This document shows, in pieces, positions 8,511-18,234 of a DNA stretch of 64,000 bases; the first letter of the stretch is position 1, and each line of letters begins with the position of its first letter. This DNA comes from a virus. The stretch covers positions 38,535-102,534 of the IMG/VR virus record IMGVR_UViG_3300037296_000220, one strand, 5' to 3'. The notes under the pieces are model-generated. The model saw only the letters and a program-made list of their open reading frames with translations. It searched no databases and was not told where the DNA came from. Both the position numbers and the translations under genes were made by a program.

Positions 8511-11500
8511 CTAGTCAAGAATGTCGACTACCTGCGCGACTGCTTCGTCGATCAGCTCACGGCGCGAGTCATCGAAGAAGCACATATTGGGGTTTATCCC
8601 AATGACGTAACTGGTGTCCTGGCCATGATCGTACTCGACCTGCCCAGCCAGTTGTTCAAACCCACCCTGCACCTCTGGCAGTAGGTAGTTGCGAGCCTTA
8701 GTGCCCATGATCAGCACGACAGCCGGGTTTAGCAGCTCAATCTCCCGCTTCAGACTTGGGCCATAGACACGGATCATTTCAGAGACATAGTCTTCCGGCA
8801 TGTCCTTTGTCTTGTTGGCCTTGATCAGCGCGGTTTGATAGAGGTCAGAGCGCTTGTAACCCGCCGCCTTGAAGCCCGGTAGGATGAAGTCGGCATAGTC
8901 GCCCTCCCCTATTTTACCCATCTTCTCATCTTTGAAGTTGCCGTTGTCGTAGATCACCATGACTCTCGGATTTTTACCCAAACGGGGCGCGAGCGAAATC
9001 TCGATAGCCAACTCATTCTCGGCCTTCATGCTGTACTTCTCGACCTCCTTCGACAATTCATCAATCACATGCGGCTGCAGGTCCAGCTTCCGATCGGCCT
9101 TTACGGCAGCAAGCATGATGCCGGGCATTGCCGCCTTCTGAGACTTGAGTCGGGTCGGGTGCAGCGGGTCATCCTGGTTCTCGATACCGGCGAACACCCC
9201 AATGTCATCGAGCATCGACTGAATCCGCTTGTTGACGTAGCGCTTATTGGTGATGTTCTCCAAAAAGTGCGCGAAGCTGGTGAAGCTGCCACCCGCCTTC
9301 TCCCGACACTCCATGATGTGCTCACTGGCGTTCTGCGTCAGGCCCTTCACCATCTGGAACGGGGCATAGATCACCCGGCGTTTGCGGTTGCTGTCGTAGC
9401 CAATCTCGAACCGACTGGTGCTGATGTTCACGTCCGGTGGCATGACGTACACACCCCGCCGCTCAGCATCTTTCACCAAGCCCATGCGTTTGTCTTCGCC
9501 CAGAATCGTCAGTGCGGCCGCAAAGAATGCCTCCGGCTTGTACACCTTCAACCACATTGCCCAGAAGGCAATGATCGCGTACTCCACCGAGTGCGACTTG
9601 TTGAAGCCGTAGCCGGCGAACTTCTCGATGATGTCGAACAGGCCCGCTGCCTCCGTCTCTTCCATCTGTGAGTGAGACTTGCACCCAGCGACCCAGCTAT
9701 CGCGCACTTTGGCCATCTGCTCAGCGTCTTTCTTGCCCATCGCTTTACGAAGGTGGTCGGCCTGAGCCATCGAGAAGCCCGCTAGATCACGCGCGACCTG
9801 CATGACCTGCTCCTGGTACACGATGACCGAATACGTCGATTCCAGGGCCGGGATCATCGAGTCATGTGGATATGTGGGGCTCATGTAACCCCGCTTAATC
9901 GCCTTGAAGTTGTCGGTTAGACCTGAGTCCAGTGGGCCTGGCCGGAACAGGGCGTTACAGGCTGACAAGTCTTCAAAGGTCAGCGGGTCATTCTCAGCCA
10001 GCTCACGCAATAGACCCCGCATACCGCCCGACTCGAACTGAAACACCCCCAACGTCTCACCCAGGCCGAAGGCTTTAAGCACTTCCGGGTCTTCGAGTGG
10101 GATTGTGGTGTAGTCCAGGTCTTCCTTGTCCTGCTCCTTGATGTAGTCTTTGGCCAGGCGCAGCAGATCCAATGTGCTCAGGCCCAGTACGTCGAGCTTG
10201 ACCAAGCCAAACTCTTCACAGCTTCGTTTATCCCAGTTGATCACCTGGTTCTCGCCCCGCTTCTCAACGATGGCTCGATTAGACAGCTCAGTGTCAGCCA
10301 CGATCACCCCGGCGGCGTGCACCCCGTAGTTGCGAAACACCTTCTGCAACTTGATGGCGTTGCCAAACAATACTGGATCTCGTTTGGCAAAATCCTTCAG
10401 CTCGGGCACTTGCTCAATGGCTTCCTCCAGGGATACCGGCTGGCCGTGATTGCTGGGGATGCGTTTGGCCACCTTCATTTCAGCTTCGGTGTAGCCCAGG
10501 GATTTGGCCACGCTACGCAGTGCCGACGAGCTGCCCAATACCCCATAGTTCGAGATTTTGGCCACGCGCTCTTTGCCGTACCGATCGGACAGGTAGTTAT
10601 ACACTTCGCCCAGTCGGGAACTCATGAAGTCAAGGTCGATGTCGGGTAAGTCCAGTCGCTCCGGGTTGATGAACCGTTCGAAGAACAGGTTGAAGCGGAT
10701 CGGATCAACGTCAGTGATGCCCATCAGGAAGGCTACGATTGAGCCGCCGACTGAGCCTCGACCAGGGCCGACGATAATACCCTGCTGCTTTGACCAGCTC
10801 ACCAGGTCATGCACCAGGAGGAAGTAGTCTTCAAAGCCCATGTCTTTCAAGATGGTCAGCTCACGCTTGAGCCGGTCCTTGTACTGAGGAATCAGCGACA
10901 CGTCCGGCTTGTAGCCCAGAAACGGCTTGTCGATGCGCTCCTTCCAGCCCTGAACGCAGAGCTTGGTCATGGCGGCGCTGGGGTTGGCCGCAAGCGAGGG
11001 CAGCGACACATCCATCTTCTCCCACTTGTACGAGAACTGATCTGCCCAGGGCCCGTTGGAATGGACATAGGCTTTGTTCAGCAGTTCAGCACCCGGCACA
11101 TCGATGAAGCCGTCGCCCTTCATCATGTGAACCCACTTCTTGAACTTCATGATGCCGTCTTTGCGACCCAAAATACCCATGTCGGAGCCACCGGCTGCAG
11201 CAAAGGGGCTGTCCAGTCGGGTGTTGAAGTTCAGGATGTTGGCCATGATGTTGCGCGAGTCTGCCATACCCTCTGCGTACAGCGTCGGACGGCTGACAAG
11301 CACTTTTCGGGAACGCATCTGTGCGCTGTTCAGAGCGCGCTTAGACACTTGACGATAGTAGAGACTGTCAGCATACGGGCACTCAATATAGAAGCGCTCA
11401 GTGTCGTTCCCGATAGCGTTTTCAATGCGATCAATGATCGCTTCGCGCTGATCATGGGCGAAGATTGAGCCGATACCACCGGTTGTTATCACCACGTTGC

Positions 11501-11891
11501 CCAGGCTGTAGGTGTGTAGCACGTCCTCCCAGCATAACCGGGGCTGACCACTGCGAATGTGGGTATCTTCGTAGGCTCTGGACAGTAGGCGAGTGACATC
11601 CTTGAACCCTTCATCGTTCATGATGTACAGGATAGGTGAAGTAAAGGTGTCTCGATTGGACTTGTCGTCGGTCTTCTCCCAATCCAGGTCGTCGACCACG
11701 TTTAAGCGAACGCCCATGATGACTTTCACATCACCGGCGTTCTGCGTGAGAATGGGTAAGGCGTTCAAGGTCATGTAATCGGCGACAGCCAGCGCTCTAT
11801 ACCCCTGCTCTTTGGCTACTGTAGCCAATTGCTTTGGGGATAAGATGCTGGCTTTGGTCGAGAAGTGCGTTTCAGCGCCAATGATGTTCAT
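8511..11891 (-). CDS. dnaE: DNA polymerase III alpha (DnaE) with C-terminal uracil-DNA-glycosylase-like domain
   Basis: GPGRGS, FERFINPER, PDIDLDF, KLDVLGL, GVFQFES, YQEQVM, YGFNKSH. Confidence 0.95.
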   Translation of the reverse strand: MNIIGAETHFSTKASILSPKQLATVAKEQGYRALAVADYMTLNALPILTQNAGDVKVIMGVRLNVVDDLDWEKTDDKSNRDTFTSPILYIMNDEGFKDVTRLLSRAYEDTHIRSGQPRLCWEDVLHTYSLGNVVITTGGIGSIFAHDQREAIIDRIENAIGNDTERFYIECPYADSLYYRQVSKRALNSAQMRSRKVLVSRPTLYAEGMADSRNIMANILNFNTRLDSPFAAAGGSDMGILGRKDGIMKFKKWVHMMKGDGFIDVPGAELLNKAYVHSNGPWADQFSYKWEKMDVSLPSLAANPSAAMTKLCVQGWKERIDKPFLGYKPDVSLIPQYKDRLKRELTILKDMGFEDYFLLVHDLVSWSKQQGIIVGPGRGSVGGSIVAFLMGITDVDPIRFNLFFERFINPERLDLPDIDLDFMSSRLGEVYNYLSDRYGKERVAKISNYGVLGSSSALRSVAKSLGYTEAEMKVAKRIPSNHGQPVSLEEAIEQVPELKDFAKRDPVLFGNAIKLQKVFRNYGVHAAGVIVADTELSNRAIVEKRGENQVINWDKRSCEEFGLVKLDVLGLSTLDLLRLAKDYIKEQDKEDLDYTTIPLEDPEVLKAFGLGETLGVFQFESGGMRGLLRELAENDPLTFEDLSACNALFRPGPLDSGLTDNFKAIKRGYMSPTYPHDSMIPALESTYSVIVYQEQVMQVARDLAGFSMAQADHLRKAMGKKDAEQMAKVRDSWVAGCKSHSQMEETEAAGLFDIIEKFAGYGFNKSHSVEYAIIAFWAMWLKVYKPEAFFAAALTILGEDKRMGLVKDAERRGVYVMPPDVNISTSRFEIGYDSNRKRRVIYAPFQMVKGLTQNASEHIMECREKAGGSFTSFAHFLENITNKRYVNKRIQSMLDDIGVFAGIENQDDPLHPTRLKSQKAAMPGIMLAAVKADRKLDLQPHVIDELSKEVEKYSMKAENELAIEISLAPRLGKNPRVMVIYDNGNFKDEKMGKIGEGDYADFILPGFKAAGYKRSDLYQTALIKANKTKDMPEDYVSEMIRVYGPSLKREIELLNPAVVLIMGTKARNYLLPEVQGGFEQLAGQVEYDHGQDTSYVIGINPNMCFFDDSRRELIDEAVAQVVDILD

Positions 11892-12396
11892 AATACACCC
11901 TGTTTTTGTCTCGTTTGATGATGCCTGACGCCTCTAAAATGTTGAGTGCCCGGCCTATTCTGTTCTCTGCCGTTCGGATCGACAGCGTGTACTGGTCTGC
12001 AAAGCTCCCGGTCAGCTTATTCACGGTAGTCCCCGCCTCATTCAGATGGAGAATTGCAAAGTCGAGACCCGTGTCGACCCCCGTAGTGCGACGCTCAGCA
12101 ATGACAGCCGGAATACTGACACCCTTCTGATTCAACCGTCTTGCGAGAGGCTGCGCTTTGCGCGAAACCTTCGTTAAATCAATAAGTTGGCTCAAGTATG
12201 CGCTGGACATTTTGGGCAACTTGTTGACGCTGGACGACACAGAGACGGTCGTACTGATGATCGTGGCTGATTGAGAACAGGTATCAGCGCATCGAGTCTG
12301 GACTTTGCAGGCCTGACACGCTTCACTATCCCGACTGCAACAGATCAATGACCCGAAGCAGCCGGGTTCATCAGTTCCCCAGTTGGATTTGGACAT
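11872..12396 (-). CDS. Cys-rich protein with possible C-terminal wHTH
   Basis: PGCFGS..CC..C..C...C N-terminus; overlaps cobS and dnaE. Confidence 0.65.
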   Translation of the reverse strand: MSKSNWGTDEPGCFGSLICCSRDSEACQACKVQTRCADTCSQSATIISTTVSVSSSVNKLPKMSSAYLSQLIDLTKVSRKAQPLARRLNQKGVSIPAVIAERRTTGVDTGLDFAILHLNEAGTTVNKLTGSFADQYTLSIRTAENRIGRALNILEASGIIKRDKNRVYYEHHWR

Positions 12397-13534
12397 ACTT
12401 CATCACCGCATCGCGTTCATCACTGGGTAAACGGTTGGCGTAGGCCAACTCGAAGCCTTTGACGAATGAGCCCTTCATGACGCCGATCTGCGCAATGCGG
12501 ATCAGCACTCGGTTACCAATGGTTAGCGAGTATTCATCAGGGTTTTCGCGCACCTTTTTGGCAATCGCAATCAACGACTTGGCGTCTTTCTCTTCGAGGC
12601 CCACAGCCAGGTTCAACATGGTTATTTCCTGGCTCTCTGCCAGATAACCCTTCTTCATGACGACGCCGAAGCGCTCGATCGTGGCGGCATCTTGCTGAAA
12701 GGTGGATTGAAAGCGCTCTCCCCCATCACCTGAGCCGTTCGTGTTGCCAGTGGCGACGAAGCGGAACATCGGGTGCGGGTCAATGCGCTGATATTGAGGC
12801 GGCGCATCGGGGATGATCAGCGGTTGACCTTCAAGCACAGCCTGATAGACAGACAGCACTGATGGGTGGCAGCGATCGTATTCGTCAGCCAGAAACACTT
12901 CGCCGTTGATCATCGCCAGTGGCAATGGCCCCAGCTCGAAGTCGGTCACAGAGATGGCATTACCTCCTTCATCGCGCTCAGCCCGGGCGATCTGACGGCC
13001 TACAATCTGCGACTCTTCCAGGTTGGCTGTGTGTTGAAGACGGCGCAGGCGACGGTTGGTTGCGGCACAGAATTGGCGATATTCAGTCGTTTTACCGACG
13101 CCGGCTTCGCCGTAGATATAGATTGGAATGTTGCGCTCCATACCCATCGCGACGGTCTTCACTTCTTCCAGGTCGGAAATGATCAACTCGTCGAAGTCGG
13201 GCACATTGGCATCAGTTTCACGTTCATCGCGGGTCAACATGATGGGTTGGCCATTGCCGTACTGCGTCTTTTTGCTGTTGCGCAGGCGATAGGCTTTATG
13301 CAGCTCTATCTTGTTGTCGGGCGTTGCGACCTCTTCAGGCTCAGCAAGGGCAGTTTTAGCAGCCATTCGCTTCTGAACTTCCTGGCGTGCAAAATCAGAA
13401 ATGGTCGGCGCGTCCGGGTATTGCTCGCTGTATTCTTCGAGGGTCAAGCTGTGAGCTTCGTCACTCATTTTCGCCAGGTGAGTCTTGATAACGTGCACCT
13501 TCTCACCGCAAATCTGACAAGTAATCTTTTCCAT
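12371..13534 (-). CDS. CobS/MoxR-like AAA+ ATPase
   Basis: GEAGVGKT, LADEYD, FRFVATGN, ERF; N-terminal CxxC..H..H zinc-finger-like motif. Confidence 0.9.
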   Translation of the reverse strand: MEKITCQICGEKVHVIKTHLAKMSDEAHSLTLEEYSEQYPDAPTISDFARQEVQKRMAAKTALAEPEEVATPDNKIELHKAYRLRNSKKTQYGNGQPIMLTRDERETDANVPDFDELIISDLEEVKTVAMGMERNIPIYIYGEAGVGKTTEYRQFCAATNRRLRRLQHTANLEESQIVGRQIARAERDEGGNAISVTDFELGPLPLAMINGEVFLADEYDRCHPSVLSVYQAVLEGQPLIIPDAPPQYQRIDPHPMFRFVATGNTNGSGDGGERFQSTFQQDAATIERFGVVMKKGYLAESQEITMLNLAVGLEEKDAKSLIAIAKKVRENPDEYSLTIGNRVLIRIAQIGVMKGSFVKGFELAYANRLPSDERDAVMKYVQIQLGN

Positions 13535-13620
13535 TCTGTCGAACTCCTGAAAACCTAGTTAGTTGTTTGTGTGTTTTAAAATAGTATCGCATTAGTTCAA
13601 TGCGATACACAATGGGGTGA

Positions 13621-16002
13621 CTATTTAAGCATGTCGCCAACGTGACGAATTAGGCTGCCGCCCAACTGTTCAATGTTGTGCAGTACCTCATAGTTCTTGT
13701 AGTACCGCGACACTGAGTTGTCCTTAATGCCAATGCTGGACACGGAAATGTCTTCCTTTTCCAGTTGTTTCAGGGCGTATTGCATGGCTGTGGGGTAAGA
13801 CATGCCTCCACCGTTGCCGTAGGCGGGGTTACCATCTGACAGCACGATCAATCCCTTCTTGGAGGTTTCCTGGGTCATTAGCATGTCGCGAGCGGCCAGC
13901 AGAGCGTCCGGGTCTGCATTGCCTCCGTTGATAGGTATTTCAATGTGCCAGTCAGCGATGCGACGCTTGGCTGTTAAGCCCCAGCGTTCGTCAAACCCCT
14001 TGAAGATGGGGTGAAATACCTCCCCATAGCGGCTGAACTGGCCGGCGCCAGAGCTGTAAACCTTATGCATTTTCTGTCGAGCTACTTCGATAGCCTGCTG
14101 AGAAGGCATCTGACGATGGTCCTCCAAAACGTCCGAGCTTGGTAGTGCCGTCGCAAATCCCATGATTGCAAAGTTCACCTTGACGGCACTCAAGGACTCG
14201 GCCATTGCATAAGCCGCCTGAAAAGCCAGCTTGTACTTGCTCGACAATTCCATAGACCCACTGTTATCGATCAGTAATAGAATGGACGCGCCCTGACGCT
14301 CAACGATTCGACGTTTGCGGAATACCCGCTCTTCGCCCAATGACAGCCGGGCTATTGCGGTCGGATTCAGTCGGCCTGAGCGTTGCCCGGCTTCCCAAGA
14401 CTTCTTTTCCATAGAGCGCAGATAGCGGATTAAAGAGCGAGACACCTGACCTGTCATGCCGCCAGTGGACTTCTCAATCTCAGCCATTGACTTGGCGAGT
14501 CTGTCCTGAGAATGAACTGGTTTCACCTTCGCCTGAAGATCGCCGGCTGTTGAATACGGCGTGTAGACTGAGCCAGAATCACCCTCTCTGAACTGGTCCG
14601 CGATCATTTCTTCCAGCATGTCATCGAAGTCTTCCACATTGGCTTCGTTTTCATCCATCCCCAGAGCTACGCCAAACCCTTCATTGTTGTTTTCTTCGTC
14701 ATCGCCAGCTTCTTCGTCTGGGAACTCACCATCTGACGCTTCGTCATTGGTGCCAGAGGCCGAATTGGAACCGTCATCTTCTTCCTCTTCATCGTCACCC
14801 AGTTCGTCACTGGAGCCGGCGGCTTCGGCATCGTCATCATCTTCTCCAGGGTCAGATTCGCCACCAGGCTCGCCGCTGGCGTCATCATCGGCCCCTTCGG
14901 CTTCAGATTCACCGGCGCCCTCTCCATCTCCAGCGTCATCATCCCCAGGTTCATCATCGTCATCATCGTCCGATTCTGATACATCCTCCCCAGCGTCGTC
15001 GCTGTCCGGGTCATCGTCTGATTCAGCTCCCTCATCTTCTCCGCCGTCATCAGACTCGCTATCGCCATCCTCCTCATGTGACCCGTCGCCATCATCGTCG
15101 CCATCATCGGAGGTATCATCTGATTCAGGCTCTTTTGCTGCGCCATCGCCAGACTCAGACCCTTCTGATTCACCGCTGTCATCTGGTTCATCTGGTTGCT
15201 CCTGCCCGTTTGACCCCTGTTCAGATAGGTCTTCTTGAAATGTCTCGGCGTCGTCATTGTCACCAGCTTGATCGCTGTCTTCCGATTCACCTGCGTCACC
15301 GTCTGATTCAGGTCTTGGGTCGCGATTGGGCTTGGTGAAGAACTTGGAGTAAGCCAACTGGGTCAGTCGTAGAACGTCCCAACTGTTTTTGCATTCACTG
15401 ATCCGACGACTAAAGTCCAAGTCGTCGAGCGCTGTCATAAGCCACTCAGTTTCCGCTTTGTAGTGCTCTTCTATATAGTCAGCGACTGTTTTTTGGCCCG
15501 CCTTAGCGCGACAGCAAGCAGTGATGAGGCGGTTGAATGCTTGCGACTTCTTGGTGAGGTCAGTCTGGTCTTTCTCGATACCGGCCGTGATAATGTCAGT
15601 CAACCAAATCTCCCGGGTCCGATCCAGCTCCTTGAAGCCGCCAGCAAAGTCTTCCTCGCCCCGTATCTCGATGTAGCAGTCTTCAATGGCATTGTTTAAC
15701 CCGCCGAAAACCTCAGATTTGGACTGAGCCTCAAGTGTGGCAGCGGGGTCTGTGTACAGGATGTGACAGCACTCATGCAGCAGAAAGCCGATGATGGCGT
15801 AGCAGAACTTAGCAGAGCATTGGTCTGGCACAACAGGCAAGTTGACGAACTTAGCCTCATGCGTGAGCCCATCCCATTGAACATAAGCCTGGGCGCCAAC
15901 GTGATACACAGGGATCTTTGAGTCGGTGATTAACCGTGCGACCTTTTGAGACATGCCCCGAGTGGATTGGATTAGGCGCTTACTCGCTTGTGGAGCTGAC
16001 AT
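13621..16002 (-). CDS. CobT-like vWA protein with long acidic linker
   Basis: HECCH motif, NAIED, D/E-rich linker, SGRLN, MIDAS DNSGSM, LSDG; AAGGA RBS before ATG 16002. Confidence 0.88.
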   Translation of the reverse strand: MSAPQASKRLIQSTRGMSQKVARLITDSKIPVYHVGAQAYVQWDGLTHEAKFVNLPVVPDQCSAKFCYAIIGFLLHECCHILYTDPAATLEAQSKSEVFGGLNNAIEDCYIEIRGEEDFAGGFKELDRTREIWLTDIITAGIEKDQTDLTKKSQAFNRLITACCRAKAGQKTVADYIEEHYKAETEWLMTALDDLDFSRRISECKNSWDVLRLTQLAYSKFFTKPNRDPRPESDGDAGESEDSDQAGDNDDAETFQEDLSEQGSNGQEQPDEPDDSGESEGSESGDGAAKEPESDDTSDDGDDDGDGSHEEDGDSESDDGGEDEGAESDDDPDSDDAGEDVSESDDDDDDEPGDDDAGDGEGAGESEAEGADDDASGEPGGESDPGEDDDDAEAAGSSDELGDDEEEEDDGSNSASGTNDEASDGEFPDEEAGDDEENNNEGFGVALGMDENEANVEDFDDMLEEMIADQFREGDSGSVYTPYSTAGDLQAKVKPVHSQDRLAKSMAEIEKSTGGMTGQVSRSLIRYLRSMEKKSWEAGQRSGRLNPTAIARLSLGEERVFRKRRIVERQGASILLLIDNSGSMELSSKYKLAFQAAYAMAESLSAVKVNFAIMGFATALPSSDVLEDHRQMPSQQAIEVARQKMHKVYSSGAGQFSRYGEVFHPIFKGFDERWGLTAKRRIADWHIEIPINGGNADPDALLAARDMLMTQETSKKGLIVLSDGNPAYGNGGGMSYPTAMQYALKQLEKEDISVSSIGIKDNSVSRYYKNYEVLHNIEQLGGSLIRHVGDMLK

Positions 16003-16047
16003 AAAGAGTTCCTTACTCACTTAGTAGTTTGTGTATTATAAGCGCAT

Positions 16048-16084
16048 AAGAAAGGGCGCGACAGCGTGGGAGCTGGGCGCCCTA
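16048..16084 (-). terminator. Probable terminator after the small ORF
   Basis: AGGGCGC...GCGCCCT stem followed by TTCTT on the minus strand. Confidence 0.5.
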
Positions 16085-16090
16085 TTCAGA

Positions 16091-16291
16091 TTACTGGAGT
16101 AGGATGGGGTCGCCGATGATCGGCATGATCAGAGTGCGGGTTCCGTCGGAGTAGATTGATATGGAGCCATCTGTGCCTATGTAATCCATCTGGTCAACCA
16201 GGTCGTTGCATCGATCCAGGGTAATGCTTGCCATTTTGTTTGTGTGGGTGGGCAGAGGGTGTTGTTGCGCGGTCAATTTATAGTCCTTCAT
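16091..16291 (-). CDS. Small hypothetical protein, first gene of the leftward transcript (alternative start MASITL at 16234)
   Basis: ORF between a leftward promoter and a terminator. Confidence 0.45.
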   Translation of the reverse strand: MKDYKLTAQQHPLPTHTNKMASITLDRCNDLVDQMDYIGTDGSISIYSDGTRTLIMPIIGDPILLQ

Positions 16292-16344
16292 GCAGTTTTA
16301 CTAAAGTACCCGGTTTCCCTAGTACGCGTGTTTGTGTGATGGAG

Positions 16345-16374
16345 ATCATAGAACGACGGCGTTTTGTGTGTCAA
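16345..16374 (-). promoter_or_regulatory. Leftward sigma70-like promoter
   Basis: TTGACA-N18-TATGAT on the minus strand, followed by a CACACAAACA half-site. Confidence 0.6.
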
Positions 16375-16416
16375 TCACTTGACTGAAAATAAGATTTTAC
16401 TACCTAATCTACCTTT

Positions 16417-16445
16417 TTGACTTGACAACCCAAACAGATTACTAT
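16417..16445 (+). promoter_or_regulatory. Rightward sigma70-like promoter for the HTH regulator
   Basis: TTGACT-N17-TACTAT overlapping the inverted repeat CAAACA..TGTTTG. Confidence 0.6.
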
Positions 16446-16524
16446 GTTTGCAAGGTAGGGCGAAGAGGGATTGTCCAACCCGAAAACATAAAATCCAAAA
16501 AGGAATTGTAAGGGGAAAATTATA

Positions 16525-17019
16525 ATGGCCAATGTTAAAAAACACTTTCAAGAGACGGGCGTACCCGCTGCCGATTTGTTGAATGAATACCTACAAAACT
16601 GTGACAAAACGCAGACTGAAATCACCAAAGAATTGGGTGCTTTAACTGGCGCTCGTTCTTTCGGTAGCTTGATGACTCAATGGAAAACGGGTCGTTCACC
16701 GATCCCATTGCGCATGGTTCTCCCACTGTGTCGCATCATCGATGCTGAGCCGGGTCCGATGTTTCAAGCAATTCTTGAACATCAGATGCCCGATGCCCTC
16801 GTTGCTCTTGAGCATTTGTCCGGGCAGTCTTTCAGCCCCGGCGAGCGAGTCATGCACGACCTGGTTATCGAAACAGTAAATGAAGCCAAGAACGCTTTCA
16901 AAAAAGAAAGTCGCTCTCCGAAGGCTGAAGTGGTAGCGACGTTCGATCTGTCCCCAGAGAGAAAAGCGGCTATCAAAGCGGCTATCAAAAAAGCAACCGT
17001 GGTTAAGTATTCCAGCTAA
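16525..17019 (+). CDS. XRE-like HTH regulator, candidate repressor
   Basis: TQTEITKELG...MTQWKTGRSPIP helix-turn-helix pattern; divergent position. Confidence 0.7.
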   Translation: MANVKKHFQETGVPAADLLNEYLQNCDKTQTEITKELGALTGARSFGSLMTQWKTGRSPIPLRMVLPLCRIIDAEPGPMFQAILEHQMPDALVALEHLSGQSFSPGERVMHDLVIETVNEAKNAFKKESRSPKAEVVATFDLSPERKAAIKAAIKKATVVKYSS

Positions 17020-17040
17020 TTTAAATTAGCCGACCTTCCA

Positions 17041-17062
17041 AAGGGCCATCTGGCCCTTTTTT
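17041..17062 (+). terminator. Rho-independent terminator
   Basis: AAGGGCCA-TC-TGGCCCTT followed by TTTT. Confidence 0.7.
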
Positions 17063-17124
17063 GTTGCCTGCAATAAATCCCTGCCTTATCCTTTTGGAAC
17101 AATTTATAAAAGGCAGGGAAAATT

Positions 17125-18234
17125 ATGAAAAGAGTTGCCACCGCGGACGACTTCATGGCCATGATGAAGTCAGGTGAACAGGACTTGGCCAACCTCAGAA
17201 CAGAAACCAACAACCCTCAACCCACCAAGGTCGCACGCACCTGGTCATTGGAGGAAGCGGTAGGCATGGTGAAGAAGCCCGCCAAGTGGGTGCTTAGTGA
17301 AGCAGGCAAAGCGGGCTATACTGACCAGGAACGCTTCTCATTGGAGGTCATCAACCACCTGAGAGACGCTGCCGGCACTCGATTCTCCAAACCTGTTGGC
17401 GCGCCAACACCCACCCTGCTGATCTCCAACTTCAAAGGCGGGGTAGGTAAATCCACGACGACGATACACCTGGCACAATACTGTGCCATCCAGGGGCTGA
17501 AAGTCCTGGTGGTAGAGCTGGACCCCCAGGCCACCACAACCGAGAACCTGCTGAACTGCTCACCAGCGACCGAGCTGACCCGAGAGCAAACCCTGGTCCC
17601 TGCCCTGCTCGATGACACGGACGACTTTCTGCCCTGCATCCAGTGGACCTACTTTCCCGGCGTAGCCATTGCCCCCGGCAACCTGTTCTTGCAGCAAGTG
17701 GACAGCAACATCGTGGATACAGTCGACGAGATGGGCGACCCAGCGACCCGGTTGTCTCGCTGCCTGGAGGAAGCAAAGGAGCACTTCGACCTGATTGTGA
17801 TCGACTGCCCACCTAACATGGGGTGGCTCACAACGAACGCTCTGTATGCAGCCGATGGGTTGCTGACCCCAGTACCCCCTGCCCTGTTTGACCGGGCCTC
17901 ATTCACTCAGTTGGCTGGTACGATCGGAACCTTTGCGCGCAACTACAACAAGGAGTTCAAACTGTTCCGCATCCTGATCACCAAGCACGGCAAGTCCACT
18001 GAGGCCCGGCGCAACGAGAAGAAGATGCGCGAGACCTACGGCGACTGGGTGATGAAAAACTGCTTCTATGTGACCACCGAGATAGAGAAGGCCAGCGCTG
18101 TCTATTCCTCTGTGTACGACCTGATGAAGCCGATGAACAAACGTGAAACCTATCAGCGAGCCCTGGACATTGTGAACCGGGTTAACGCCGAAATACTGCA
18201 AGACGTACAGCAATTGTGGGAGACCAAACTATGA
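17125..18234 (+). CDS. parA: Type Ia partition ATPase ParA
   Basis: Deviant Walker A KGGVGKST, DPQA, IDCPP; N-terminal extension. Confidence 0.93.
   Translation: MKRVATADDFMAMMKSGEQDLANLRTETNNPQPTKVARTWSLEEAVGMVKKPAKWVLSEAGKAGYTDQERFSLEVINHLRDAAGTRFSKPVGAPTPTLLISNFKGGVGKSTTTIHLAQYCAIQGLKVLVVELDPQATTTENLLNCSPATELTREQTLVPALLDDTDDFLPCIQWTYFPGVAIAPGNLFLQQVDSNIVDTVDEMGDPATRLSRCLEEAKEHFDLIVIDCPPNMGWLTTNALYAADGLLTPVPPALFDRASFTQLAGTIGTFARNYNKEFKLFRILITKHGKSTEARRNEKKMRETYGDWVMKNCFYVTTEIEKASAVYSSVYDLMKPMNKRETYQRALDIVNRVNAEILQDVQQLWETKL

Noticed and set aside
8511-11891. Intein or intron in dnaE (also checked recA, dnaB, terL)
   Set aside because: Lengths are normal, conserved motifs are contiguous, and no splice motifs were seen
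14618-15299. Ser-rich and Met-rich ORFs over cobT
   Set aside because: By-products of the low-complexity acidic linker read in other frames
12371-16002. Cobalamin biosynthesis auxiliary genes
   Set aside because: No cobN or other cob genes in the window; a generic AAA+/vWA pair is more plausible
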